Shown piece after piece: positions 48,214 through 62,198 of a stretch of DNA of 64,000 nt. Both the position numbers and the translations under genes were made by a program. The notes below the pieces were generated by a model. It was not told the DNA's origin. It saw nothing but the letters and a program-made list of their open reading frames with translations, and made no database searches. Source of the stretch: Takakia lepidozioides (Eukaryota; Plantae; Bryophyta); the NCBI GenBank assembly GCA_030704615.1, contig CM060733.1:27714001-27778000 (forward strand), read 5' to 3'. The stretch's first letter is position 1. Each line of letters starts with the position of its first letter.

Positions 48214-51200
48214 ATGTCAAACGGATACACCAGCCTCGGATCTGAAGCTGTTTCTGGATCTGTGCCTGTACGTTCTTTATGTCCCTTCCATGTCCGGTCG
48301 ATTGGAGTATCAATGCTTATAGGCGTCGGGGAGGTGTAGATCAAGATGTTTTGAGCGATTGTGATGCGGAGAGTTTAGTTGTTTGGTAATGTTATTTCAA
48401 GTAGAACTGGAATGCGACTAGAGACAAGAAGAGAACAGAAGGGAGAGATGGAAAAAAATTCGGCGGTAAGCGATAGGAAGCAGAAATAAAATGTAATGGT
48501 ACTTTAGCAGACAAGGCTAGGCTTGGTTTAGACTTGGCTTCAATGCGAGGAAGGAAGGGATCACTGCAAGGTGGAAAATAGCCAGATGGATGATTCTGGT
48601 TTTGGAGTGAGAAAAATGGAGTAAATGCGTAAGAAGCATGTGCAGGTCAACTAGAAACACAAAACTAGGCGTGCGTGTGAAGGAAGATCGATGGCTCGAA
48701 TATGAGGGCCAGCTGAATAGGTTCCACTCTGTGGAGAGACAAGAGAACGTCCATGGAAAGTTCAAAGAGCTTATGGGACAAGAGAAAGAAAGAAACAAGA
48801 AAGAGAGAGGGGTCCTTCTCAAGGAGAGAGAGAGAGAGAGAGAGAATCTACGGTACTGCACATCGTGTGTCACTAATTTTATCTTGGCTATTCTCATTGC
48901 CATGCAGTTTGTTGAAAAATTCCATTTATTGCCTGTATTGCAAATTTCCAGCACTCTAGAAGGTCTAGATTAAGGGACATCTCTCTATTCCATCACATCT
49001 CGCAAGTTCTTGTTAATTCCTCCGTGGAGGTGCATACTTTGGAAGTTATATGCTTTTCCAGTTGACTGTAGATCTCTGTGCCAAAAGGTAGGTTCCGTAC
49101 TTTCCAAATGTTGATCTCATCACCTGTTGAGTACAGACTCCAATTTGCTGTCTGTTACTTGTGAAGTCTTGGACCTGCCTGTTGTCCACAGGTCTAAAGA
49201 GTACATCATCATTCTCTGTCCCTCTCCCTTTCTAGAGACATTGCTTGTTGGCTATCAGACTTGCACCAGGGTTAGCTGAAGGGGGATGGAAAGACAGAGG
49301 GAAAAGACAATTTTCTTACTGGATTGTTTATGCAGATTGCAGCAGGTCCAGATCATGTGCTTCAGTTCCAAGGTTCTTCCCCCCTTCTCTCCCTCGTCCT
49401 CTCTCTTTTCTGTGTCATGTCTTAGCTGTGACTTGAGATAGATGCAAGAAATTGCTAACTGAGGTGTCTTCACAGTAGAGGAAGCCGCACATGGAAGCAA
49501 GGATTGCAGTACTTTTTGATGGATGCAATGCATCTTTCCTCACTTAGGGGCTTGTCATTGTCAATTGGATGGTTCTTGACTGACAGGTTTGTCTATTGAA
49601 GTCTTCATGCTCATCTGGTCATGTGCAGATTCAAACCTACAAACATTTCCCCCAGGTGACACACGAGGCAAGGTTGCAGGCTCATTTCTGCCTCCTCGCG
49701 ATGCCGATGGTATGCAGTCCTTTAGTGTCAGTGACAGTCAAGTGACATGTGCAGTCCTATAGGATCTTGGGAAGGCAGCACCATGACATTGCTTTTGAGG
49801 ACAATTAGCTTTCCGGCATATTTGGTATAGATTTTGGTTCATAAGCAAGTCTGAGAATAATTCGAGGAAGAGCATAGAGGCTGGTGGTTCTATGATGTTC
49901 TCGTCAAATATCTCATTGAAACTCGTTTGGCTGAGGGTGTTATTGCCCAGTGCCACTCATGTTTTTCTTGTTAGGGCTTTCTCTCCATCTAACCGACCAT
50001 GGGTTTACGCCGCTAAGGTGATGGCAACCTATGTTTCATGAACAAATCCCTCTCTGGATTGCTTTCTGTTGCTCCTCACTGTGCTATGTGTCCCGTATGC
50101 CCTTTGTGTCTGCAGACACAATAGAACTCTTACTTCTCTTCTTTTTCTGTCTCACACTACATGATGGGGTTTGGTCATGGAAGAGCAGATTCATTCTCTA
50201 AGCCAGGTCCAGGAAGTCAAGGAGTGGGATCAACAGCACCAGCAGGGTGGCAGAGCTACTTCAGTGTGCTGTCTTACCGGCCCTACTTCAATGTGGACAC
50301 AGCTGATGTGCTGGAGCGAATTCGAGACTCGCTTTTCCCCTTCAAGGGTGACTTCATTGAAAAGACAAGCCACAATCCTGACATGTAAGTCTTGTGAATA
50401 CACTCTTTTTTTCAAATTGAGCCTTCAAGACTATGAGTAAGCTTTGTCATCCAGATTCTTTTTATCGTGGTTAGTGAACTCCTTTCTTCTCCAACTTGGC
50501 TTTTAAGACCACGTCAAGGGGAGAGCATTACAATGGTGACCTTCCAGACTTTATGTTGTGCGTCCATTCAAGCTTATGCTGACAAACATTTTGAATTAAC
50601 TTGCAGGTATGGTCCCTTTTGGGTTTGCTCTACACTGGTGTTTGTGACTGCAGCATTGGGGAACTTTGCAGCCTATTTGTCCCACAAGACCAGTGCTGGG
50701 GGCAGTGAAGCGTGGCATTATGACATTAACAAGGTGTCCTGGGCAGCAGCCATGTTCTATGGCTATGTGGGGGTGATACCGTTGGCCCTCTACTTCCTCC
50801 TAAAGTACTTGGGTGTTGTTTCTGGGCTTATCCAGCTCTGGTGTTTGTACGGCTACTCTCTCTTTGTCTTCATCCCAGCCTCGGTGAGACCTCCTGGTCA
50901 TGTAGTCAAATTTGAGTCTTCTGGTATGCTGGCAACCTAGCTTTCAAAATAATCTTGGTTTCCTGTTTGGTGGATATGTGTGTGTGTGTGTGTGTGTGTG
51001 TGGGGCGAAAGAGACAACAGAAAGAAAGAAGGAAATTGTAGAATGTCAGCGGGAAGCCACAAGAAAGCAGTGTGAGAGAGAGGGAGAGGAGAGAGAGGAT
51101 ATAATTGCTGTAGCCTAGTGGCCATAGGATTTGGATTGAGAAAGAGGAGGGTTGAGAATTGAGGAGAGGGAACAGCACTGGGGTATCACCTTCACTGAAG

Positions 51201-51875
51201 TCTGCCCAGGTGAGGCAGAGAGAAAGAAGGAATGAACGGAGTTAATTATGTCTTGGGCAGGCCCAAGAACACCACTGTAGAACCACAGGCAAGAGTGAGA
51301 GAGCACAAGAGACAGACAGACAGGCAGAAAGTTGCATGTACACTACTGTAATCAATCAACTCAAGCACAGAGGGAGTGCAAGGAAAGAAAAGAGAAGTTG
51401 CAATCTGTCTCCCCCAACTTCTCTCTTTCTTGTATCTTCCCATCTCTTCTGCACCCCTTTTACTCATGTCTAACCCTTTCTTTCCCAATTGCTTGAATTT
51501 TGTTCTGCCTGGACATAGTTGCTGAGCATTCTGTGATCTTGGGTCTTTCTCTCTCTCTACTGTGTCCCTTATTTTTGTATAGCAGGCATATACAACTGAT
51601 TCTACCGTAGGAAATTTGACACAGTTGCTTGTGGTGGCTGTCAGTTCTTGTCAGTTGCACCGTGGGATATCATGAGGTGGGTGGTGGTGGGAGTGGCCGC
51701 TCTTATGTCGGCAGCCTTTTTAGCCATCAACATCCGAAGCCACATCAAGACTGCAAGCGAAAGATGGGTTTTAATTGTCACAGGCTCAGCACTAGTGCAG
51801 TTGGGGTTGGGACTAGTGCTCAAGTTGTACTTTTTCACTTTTTTCTATCATGATACAATTAAAATTCCTCTTTAG
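48214..51875 (+). CDS. Yip1-domain (YIPF1/2-like) membrane protein; exons 48214-48267, 49336-49372, 49629-49709, 50189-50384, 50607-50883, 51645-51875
   Basis: MSNGYTSL..SGSVP / DSNLQTFPP / YRPYFNVDTADVLER / PDMYGPFW / LWCLYGYSL / LKLYFF; all introns GT-AG with compatible phases. Confidence 0.9.
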
Positions 51876-52534
51876 TTTATGAGCAATGTTAACATTTTTT
51901 TTTTGTATATTCTTGTGTACCTGTATGTTTTGGTCTGGATGAATGTTTTGGGTTGTTTTGAGTGATTCTCAAGTGGCACAGACTAGAAGGGAGGAGGTGG
52001 AGAGGTGGAGCCTCACATCAAAATATGGCTGTAGATTGCAGCTGATGTTCAATATCTAGTCCCACATACGTTTATGGTGTGGATCACTTTTCCCTCCCCT
52101 CCATTCCTTATGCATCATTTCTTGGTCAAAAAAACTGGCAATGACCTTGCAAGATTGGTTCACATTTGTGTTGCAAGACAATAGAGAGTAGCAAATCTTG
52201 AAAATGAAGCTGTTGGAAGTCGCTCAATTTTACATGTATGCATGATCAGTAAAACTCATGACTCAGTCAGAGTTTTCTTTTCCTAATTTACTTTTCTCAA
52301 AGGAGTCTCTAAAAGTATATAGGCTATTTGTACAATTCCTTCACCTCCTCTGCACTACACACCTTGTGGAACTTGCAACTTGTACGACTAGTATTTCCAA
52401 AACTGCTCAAATGACAATTCCCCTGTCAAGTGACTGCTCTGCCTTCTCCCACTCTTTGCAGGCCACCCCCTGCACTTGGTTGTCAAGATTTTTCCAAAAT
52501 GTACCCCATGAAAGTTGTGGCTAATGTACAGCTC

Positions 52535-55500
52535 TTACATTGCAGACATTGTGTTAACTTGAGATGAGAGCCTCTGCCCCAAGATCTTGTCAGCCTGTCC
52601 ACAGCATATCTCAACACGTGTGAGAGAATGTACTCATAAGACGTTGTTTGTCATAGCCTTGTGGCCATCGACCCCGCGCTCAAACTGAGTGGAACACGTG
52701 AGAGAGAGAGAGAGAGACATACACATATGACCCTACTTTAGCCCAAGCATTGGCGGTAGTAATATCAAGCTTAGATTGTGGTATAACTCAGATATGCCAC
52801 GTGTTTATCAGCGAAATTGTGAAAAGGGAACATCCCCATATACCTGAGACCAGTAAGAGAGCCAAACACTTCGAATCTCACGAGTCACTCTCGGGTCTGC
52901 CAGGAATTGCGCAAAGCGCTTGATGAAACGCTCTTGCCTGGAGTTCAAGCAACCCAGTCAGATTCACACCCCCAAAGGCTATCATAAAAATCCTTCTGAA
53001 AAAGTGGGTGATGAGTCAACATTCAACCATTATTTCTAGTGCACATCATGTTGCATGCTTTGTCAAGTATTCAGACAACAGCACAAGGAGATGCCCCAGA
53101 CAGCAAAAGACTTCAATTCAATCAAGGGTCTATCAAACTTCTAAAAACAAATTAAATATATACCACTACCCAGGGCCCAGTAGACATCAAACATAGTGAA
53201 AGATCTGACAACATCCCAAACAGGTGATCTCACAAGCACAAACTCTAGAACCATGATGAGCATGGGATTTGGTTAAAAAAGCCACACACTGAGATACACA
53301 CACAGATGACCGAGATATAGAGATGCTTAACCCTTGCCTTGTAAGGGGAACCTGTGCACAGACCTGTCAGGAGGCCATGAGCGGATGCGTTCACCAGGCT
53401 GCTTGAAGTTGTTCTCTTTTGCAATCACAGTCTGTCATTTCAACACCACAAATACATGAAAAAAACCATTCTTCACATACTAGGTATGAGGAGGTAATTA
53501 CATACACTAATTGTCTACTGTTGGAACAGACATGTACCCCTGAAGTGGCACAGTTGAGCTGCCAAAGAGACAGCCTTAGAAACGGTCTCAATAGTAAGAA
53601 ACAGTATGTCTCTACATACAGTGAGGAGGTCGTGACATTGGGGAAATCTCAATGCTGAAAAGATCCCAGGTCCCGGTCCTCGATGTCAACTCAACAACGA
53701 TTCCTTCTTACTGAAAGTCCATGAGCTTCAAAGTTGGAACTAATACTAAAATCTCAACATTGCTGAAGCCCACATGTGCCTCAAGATAACCCATGTGTAG
53801 AGAATATGTACACATGCTACTTACAGGTTCCCTTCAATTCAATTTTACACAGTTTTTCAAGTCCTTCTGCAACAATCATTCCCAGAAACAACAGCAAACA
53901 TGTGGCCCATTATGATTTAGTCACTCAAACCAGTTCAGAGAATGGAAAGTGGGATACTGATCTGCAATACCTTCTCCCTGGGCCCTCTCAGTGCTGATTG
54001 GGGGATGGGGACACGTTCACTGTGACGCACTGGGTCAAAGCGCGACGGGAAGTAGTTCACCTGCCCATACCAAGACAGACACCCAACTTGTAATTCTGCC
54101 ACAAAACAGGACTTCCCCCTAAATTCAACAACATTGAACCCATTGGGAACATATTTCTCTTGGCACTACCACAACTGCATCACAAGTATAAGCCACTTCA
54201 AGGTTTTCCTTAGTGACGAACTGCCCGGAAACTGAGTTCTTTAACTTTAGTGGGTTATCGGAACAAGATGTTGGTCTTCCAACGCAAATAAGAATATAAA
54301 ACTCTTCAGCTCCCTCTATGTCAGTTCAGAAAAAAACTTCAATCTAGCCACCACACCATCAATGTATCAAATGTTTCACGTCCATCATCATCTACAACAT
54401 TGCACATAGAGTACTTGATTGCAGTTCTGGGTGTGCCTAACTTGACAAAAGTCCAGAGTCTAAAGGAGCTCGAAGCTATGCACAAGTATCCAAGCTCACG
54501 TAATAGCCAACCTTCGACTGCTGTAATCAAGGATGTGAACTATTGTGACAGTGATATGTCGACATACTTCTATGATTACATAGATTCATTCAAAAAGTTG
54601 CAACAGAGAAGTGAGGAGCACCTCTTCGTCACGATGCATCGTGTTCATGAAGCCCTCATGATGGTTGTTATGATGTGCACACTTGGGTGCATTGACTGGC
54701 AGCATTAGGTAGTTGGGGCCCAGGCGATGACGCTGTGTGTCAGAGTAAGAAAAGATGCGGGTCTGGAACATCTTGTCATCTGTGTAGTAGATGCCTGGCA
54801 CTATCACGCCTGGGCAAAAAGCCAGCTGCTCATTCTCAGCAAAAAAGTTATCGATGTTCTTGTTGAGCACCATTCTGCCAACAGGCTGCACAGAATACCA
54901 TATAAATACCCTTCCAATGCGCATACTCTAAGTTAATCTTTTGCAACCCGCAGATGCTGTGTCCAATTTAAACTGTCCAGAGCTCTGACAGCAAGAGGTC
55001 TTTTTTTAGTCCTTCACTACCGTTAAGAAAGTCATATATTTGGCTACTACCTTCCAGTGTTAAGTATACCTATCCATGTGTGAAGATTCTGCAGCGAACC
55101 TGCTCCTGCTTTTGATCCAAAAAAGATCCAAAAACTGCAATGATCAATGATCCAACTAAGCTTATGTAGTACACACTCCAGAGCAATGAGAGCTTAAGGC
55201 GAAGGAGACACACCTGCAGGGGGAACCTATCTTCTGGCCAAATCTTGGTGTCATCAAGAGGGTCGAAGTCAAACTTATCCTCGTCAGCTGGATTCATCGT
55301 TTGGATGTATAGCTTCCACTCAGGCAAGTTGCTTGCAGCAATTGAATCAAACAAGTCCTTGGTGGCATGGCTGTGATTTGTACCGCCAACCACCACAGCC
55401 TCCTCATCCAGCAAAAATTTTACGCCGCAGGTAGGTTTCCAGTGGAACTTGACCCAAGTTTCTTTTCCCTCTTTGGTGAGCAGCTGCATGATGTCACACA

Positions 55501-58500
55501 ACCCAGTAATTTGAAGTAGATGATATGGAAGGCTGGACCCAGTATACATGGCATTATTCCTTTAATTGATCTTACAGTTACTCCACTAGGTACAGTTCCC
55601 CTCTACCAACAAGCTGTGGCAGGCAAGCATATACTAAAAGAGACTATTGATTATGCTCAAAGGCTGTCGCATGTATCTCCGAAGAGCATCATTCCAGAGC
55701 ACAGGTCTGTGATGCAGATCAATGCAAAAGAAAGAGAAACAAGACGACTTTTAAGACCCATAAAACATATTCTCATAGCATTGCATTCCGCAACCAATTG
55801 CAGGTTGACAGACTCAAATTGAGACTTCAGAGTTTCTTAAGAACAAGAGAATGTACATTGAGAAAGTAAGACTGAAGGGAATTACACCAATTAATAGCAA
55901 ACAAGGCAAGATTGATAGCTGACCATGAAAGCATGGACACCAAAGCCTTCCATGTGACGATAGTCAGAGGGGATGCCCCAATCATCAAAAAGCCAAGTGA
56001 ACATGTGGCACGACTCAGGGACGTGTGAAAAGAAGTCCATGATGCGCCAAGGTTCCTGAATATGTGTCCTGGGGTTGGGCTTCAAGGCATGGATCATGTC
56101 CGGAAACTGCATCCACCAACATCCACACACCACAAGTGCAAACAATCAATTGAAAACAATCCTTTCCATCCCATGCCACCAATAGTCTGAAAAATTTGAA
56201 GACAGCATTCATAAGGATCCAAAATGAGGGAGTTGACTGAGTCAAATACATCTGCCAAAAATCTGAGCGAGCAGTTGGGTTCAACTTACAAAACCCCTGT
56301 TGGCTTGGCAAAAACAGAACCCTCCACTGTTTGCATTGTGACAAATTTTGTGAGAAACATACAAACTTGTGAAGCCCATATCATCAAGAAGATCGCATAA
56401 TCCAACATTTTCCAATCAGTCTCCCCCACTGTTTAATTCTCGACAGACCTTACTCAGCTCCAACTGCAAAAAGGAATACTTAAAAATCCAAGATTATGGA
56501 AGAATAACTCTTACCTTCATGCCATCCCGGATGAAGAATACAGGGATATTGTTCCCGACCAGATCAAAGTTTCCTTCTCTTGTGTAGAATTTGACAGCAA
56601 AGCCTCTCGGATCTCGAAGAGTCTCAGGACTGCCACGCTCATGAATGACAGTGGAGAAGCGCACAATCAAAGGTGTCTGCACACCTGGAGCCCTTAGAAA
56701 GTCGGCACAAGTGAGATGTGACACATCATGCGTCACCTCAAAGAAGCCCTTGGCACCGGCTCCTCGAGCATGGACCACTCTCTCCGGAATACGCTCTCTG
56801 TCAAACTGAGCAAGTTTCTCCACCAAATGATAGTCCTCCAAAAGCACAGGGCCTGACAGACGCATTGCTCATTGTCCACGTTAGCCTTCTTCTCCAAGTT
56901 AAGAGTCTTGCATTGGAATCCAGGAAATAAGGCAATTGAATGGAATGCAAGGACCTTGAATGCCCAATGTTGCATCTTTTCCCTCCCTGGGTATTAATAA
57001 GCATGATTGCTGCTATTGACAGAAAAAATCTTTACTAATCACTATTCCTGTCAGCAACTACTCCTCAATCATCTACCATTCCAATACCTCCTGATAAGAA
57101 AGGAAATGTCTTTATAACGTCCGTGTGAAGCTCAAAGAGCTTATGGGACAAGAGGAAGAGAGAAACAAGAAAGAGAGGGGCAACAAACAGCCCAAAAGCA
57201 ACTAAAGCTCAAGGGATTGTCTAAGAGTCAACGCTTCATGCAGGTAAGCTGCCAAGCATTTCTGATCCTCGTAATGGAAGACCTCCATGACAGATTGAGT
57301 GTCGGAATAGACAGTTGAATCTCCCACGGATCTCATAGTCTAAAGGGCAGTGAAAGAAGAAATGTTCTTTCAGTTTTCCTTCAGTTCCCAGTGCAAGTGG
57401 GGCATGGTCGGTCATCACGTTGCAGATTTTCCCACCTACCAGTCTCTATCCTCAGACTTAGGCTACGACAAACAACGTCTTATGAGTACAATCTATCCTC
57501 AGACTTAGGCGGAAAACTTCCCTGAACTTGTTTCCAGTCTGTGACATGGGGGAGGACATCATGGATGACCTCAAGGGGTCTACCCACTCTCGGCACTAGA
57601 CTGACATTTAAAACTCAGGGCGGGAAGCATACCTTTAAACAGTAAACAGAACCAGAGAGGAAAGGGAGAGTGCAATTGCCGTTGTGTGGGCAACCTGAAG
57701 ACAATATTCATTTTCCAATTCATTGTTGAGGGTTCTCTCACCAGAGAGACACTCTCTTCAACTCTATCAAGGGAATTGTGCCTGTGCCTCTCTTTACCAA
57801 CTTTGAAAGTCTCGAGGCTGAGCCAAAAGCCCTGCCCTTTTGGGGCCCAGTTATTGGGCAAACCACACAGCAGGTTGATGCTTGTGTAAAGGGATATCTA
57901 GAGGATATCTGGAAAACCCGGATCATTTGTTTATTCCAGTAGATCACACACATCCGATTGATGATTGTGTGAAGGGATTTGAAGAGGAAATCAGGAACAC
58001 CTGAACCAATTTTTTATACCAAGGTAAGTCCCACTGCTAGAGTGAGCCCAGGTAGTGTCTGTTCCCTCTTGTTCTGTCCAAAAGTGGGAACCGGGTCTAT
58101 GGCCAACAGGCTATGGAAAACAATGTCACATGAGTACATTCTGTCTCTCCGTCTCTCTCTTTCTTATCAAGTTTGCTACAGCACACAATGCCTTATGTGC
58201 ACATGCTTTCTTATGCTCGGGTGTCCCACTTCTTTGAGGGCAATGGAATCTCCATTGCCTCTGGTGCCACAAAATATGGAGGGGGTGGATATTGCATCCA
58301 AACAGGACCGCAAAGGATGCATCAGAGAACTTATGGAACTGCACGTCAGGTGGACATGGAAACCAGCCACTCCAACAGCAAACTTCTGGAGACATTCTTG
58401 GTTCTCCGTGACAATACGATCTGGCGGCCTCCGCACACCTCTGTTCATCAACTTTCAAAATCTCGAGGCTGAGCCTAAAACCGTGGCCCTGGTGATGAGA

Positions 58501-59421
58501 ATACCCCGGACATTGTATCAGAAAAAGGATTGTCTTCAGGCCACCCACACATCGGGTATTGACAAATCTCCTTTTCCTTTCTGCATCTGTTTACTGTTCA
58601 AAGACTCCCCGCCCTGAGTTTAAATTTCAGTCTAGTGCAGAGGTAGGCCCTTCAGTTCATCCTTAAGGTCCTCACCCATGCCACAAAGTGGAGAGAGAGA
58701 AATGAATGAAATGGAGAGAGAGAGAGATTTACCTCGAGCGCCGACAGTGAGAGACGAGTTGTTGTTCCATACAGGCGCACCCTGGTTTGTGGTCCAAAAG
58801 GGAGCATCATATCCACTGGACGGCCGGAACTGGAAATGGCAGCCCCCACCAGTGCAAGAATCATGCAAGAACACTATGTCAAAACTTTTGATGTTTCCCG
58901 TCACAACAACTTAAATCTCTCAAAATTCAGGAGCTAACAGATCAAGCATTCTTTTGACTTTCTATTTGAGAATTGTGCATGAAAGTGTCTTTGAATTGAT
59001 GCACCGTTGGGCTTCAAAGCACTGGGCCACCAACACCTACCGTGCCTACCCAGTCCTGAGTCAACACCCAAATCATTTTTTTGCCAATTCCCTTTCCTTC
59101 TCCTTACCTTGATCCTTCAACTGAAGACCTCCCACACTCCAGAAAACAGAAAAAGTCAAACCAAGTAAAACACAGAAAACAGTCCTGACAAGCAAGTCCA
59201 TTCAACCCACACTCAAGGAGATGTAAAACCCCAGATGACTTCCGAGTACAAGAGAAAGGCAAGTGGAAAGAAAAACACATTACAGAGACATGAGGAGATA
59301 TGTAAAATAAAATGAGATCATAATTTCCAATAAATTTTATAGGAAGCCTGCTGCACATGTAAATCAGAAAAACAGAAAAGGTGGAGAATTATGATCCCAG
59401 TCGTACCTTGTATGGATCCAT
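52535..59421 (-). CDS. CAT: Catalase, 492 aa, 10 exons: 59407-59421, 58733-58829, 56515-56852, 55924-56106, 55214-55483, 54622-54885, 53971-54060, 53364-53431, 52844-52937, 52535-52594
   Basis: MDPYK start, [15 protein letters not shown] active site, RIFSYSDTQ heme-ligand motif; exon lengths sum to 1479 nt. Confidence 0.97.
57535..58690. repeat. ~180-bp degenerate inverted repeats (57535-57720 / 58515-58690) enclosing ~800 bp, inside catalase intron 2
   Basis: cactagactgacatttaaaactcagggcggga vs tccccgccctgagtttaaatttcagtctagtg, with similarity extending on both sides. Confidence 0.8.
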
Positions 59422-59944
59422 GATCACCAAAATTCATTCACGACCCCAAAATTCCACATGCACACGAACAGGAGAACAACCGATCGCTGAGATCCCAGCT
59501 GAGAGAAACAGGAACACACAAAAGAGTCCCCTGAGCAAGCGATCCGCGCTAACTAATTCTGCCAGCCCCTGCATGCTCCCCAGCAATTCCTTCCAGAGAG
59601 GCACCACGACCAAGTCGTTTATTCTACCCGTAAGAAAAAGTTAAGGCACACTCTTGTGAATGTTACCATTATCAGTCTATTCATCCGACGACCTTTGGCT
59701 GTCTGACTGGACTCACCAGCCACTTGGCAGTCTTCGGATCGACATAACAGACACTTGGTAGCGGTGGCCAGCTGAAATTAGAATGCAAAACACCACCATA
59801 CCCCATCTTTGACCACCGACTCCCATGCATATATGTTGAAACCCTGTAAGACTTTATTTACAACATGTACAATGGGTGAACATGCATACGACGAGAAGTT
59901 CCAAAAAAAGGGGGGGGGGGGGAGGGCCGGAGAGGAACAAGAAA

Positions 59945-60635
59945 CAAGAGAAGAAAACAAAAAGCTATAATAAACTACTCGGCTAGAGAAGAAAACAAAA
60001 TCTATAGTAAGCTACTCAACCAGCGACGAAAATAGAAGCTATAGCAAGCTACTCAAGCAACCTATGAGGAGATCAGGCAAGGAGATAGGCAAAGTGTCAG
60101 GTAGAGGCGGAAGATGAGATGACGCGGAGCTAGCCACATTAGCCCGATGCAAAATAGATATGGCTTGTGCTATCTGCAAAGCAACTAAAATACGTTGTCG
60201 ATAGTAGGCGACAAGGACGGAGGCATGTAGGATGCCAGTGGACCCGCTCTTGGCTACATGATGTGCACATGTCCGCAGGAAATCGTCGAAGTGCCGGTGC
60301 AACGAGCCAAGTGGAAGAAATGTGTCGGTGGGGTGACGATCACTGTAGTTGCGTTCCTTGGCCTGAGCTGCTACAGTGACTGTCGCACCTGGTGTGGTAG
60401 TTGCGCGAGATAACAGATCCGCTCGAGCAGGGTCGGCGAGAACAACATCTGCTAGGGTACGCAAACCATCTCTAGATAAAACGATATCAACACGGTGGCG
60501 TGTAGAGTGGGACGTGAGCGTGGGTCGTAGATGTGGTTGCTTACTCAATACATGATACCCTACCTCCCGAGCAATAGATGTCACCGTATCGCGAACCATA
60601 TCATGAGCCAGCAGTTTCATGCATCCTACGATCAT
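59945..60635 (-). mobile_element. 3' fragment of a restriction-like-endonuclease (CRE/R2-group) non-LTR retrotransposon
   Basis: ORF 60039-60635: AHDMVRD..RVDIV..LADV..AKERNY..FLPL followed by QR...ALQ.AQA; short duplicated 3' motif agagaagaaaacaaaa.ctata.taa.ctactc. Confidence 0.75.
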
Positions 60636-62198
60636 TGGCGCCTAAAGCACAGTGGTCATCCCTCACAGGTGAAGATGAGTCCATCCGCCAAGGCTTCTGA
60701 CTGTCTGCACCCCGGTACTTGAGCCGCAACAGCGCTATTGGAAGAAAAGATTGCTTATAAATTTGAGCTGATAGCACAGAGGGTCGCAGTGCTCACCCTT
60801 GGCAATGTGATGGAAACTTCATACAATCTGCAAAGTGCTTAACCTGAGACCAGCTACAGTAGCCCTCGGTATTCCTTAGTTCCTCAGTGAGCCCAGAAGT
60901 TGACCTCCTGAGCTCAAGCAAGAAATAAATTAGTTCTTGCTCGAGGGATTGTAAGATATGATTCAAGAGTCATGTGTATTCATGTATGCTGAGCCCAGAG
61001 GAGTAGAATCCTGCGTACATAAAGTCGATTGAAGTTAAAATCGAAGGAGGTAACGAGATGGAGCACAGGAGGAGTGGAGCATAGTTTGTCGTGCCTTTTG
61101 AATGGCAAACTTGGCTTACTGGTCCAAAACTGCAACCCCTGTCCATCTGAGAATTAATTGGGGGAAGTGACCGTGAGAGGGCCTTGAAGAAAATTCTGTG
61201 CTCACTAGGAATGCATATGGTACTAAAAAGAATTCCTGGAGATTGAAGTTGATGCTTGCCCATGCTCGCCCCTGGGTGACGAAGTCTGAATTGCTCTTCT
61301 TCCCTGGACAACATTCTTGAGTCAAAACTAGACTCACTCACCATGCCTCTGGAAATTTCCAAGAGTTCTGTCCGTAGACCAAGGTCAATTGCACTGCATT
61401 ACATGAAACAAACCCTCCTGCTGCGTTTCCTGCTGAAGTAGTGCTTCAAACATCAATCCACGCTCCCTGTCTGCTTCCAACAGGTACAAACACCTACAAT
61501 TCTATTGTTGCACATCAGCTTCTGGTGTGGCTTGTGTCTGTTCAACAATAGGCTTCACCGCAAACCTATTGACCATAGCCACCACAACTCTTACTGCCCC
61601 CTTCAGGAGATGGGCGCCATCCCTTATGGAAGTTCTCAGCCTTAATTGATAATTTCCTGTTGGTCTCCTTGACCAAGTAGCAACACCAATATACACCACA
61701 TGCACAATGCTAAGGGTGAGCCAATAGAGTCCACCTATACAGAATGAACTGAAATGAAATGATACCTCATACAGAGAAACTCATGGAAGACCAAGGGAAG
61801 CACAGGCTTGTTTCACCCAAAGCATTGCAATATTGGCTATGGCCTTCCCATCTCCCTAGCCATTCACAGTGCCAATTAATTATGTCCTTGTACTGATTCA
61901 ATCACTCCCAAGTCAATGTAGACACATGAAAATGTAATTAAGTGCAGCAACACAAATATTTACACACAATGCTACACCAGTGACCAAGGTAGCAGCTTAC
62001 ATTGCTAAAACCTAACTGAGAATGGAGTTGTACATGCTCTAATGTAACAATATATTCTTGAGAATTCAACTCGATAGACACATAATCAAAGTTCACAGAT
62101 GACACCAAGAAACTACCAATATATAAACATCTAGTCGAAAAACTTGTCTTCAACCACTTCCATTGATGTGGGAAGGCTGGGAGGGCTCTCATTTTTTA

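Noticed and set aside
57594-58637. CACTA transposon (cacta...tagtg ends)
   Set aside because: Inverted similarity continues ~60 bp outside these motifs and there is no 3-bp TSD, so CACTA is internal to longer arms
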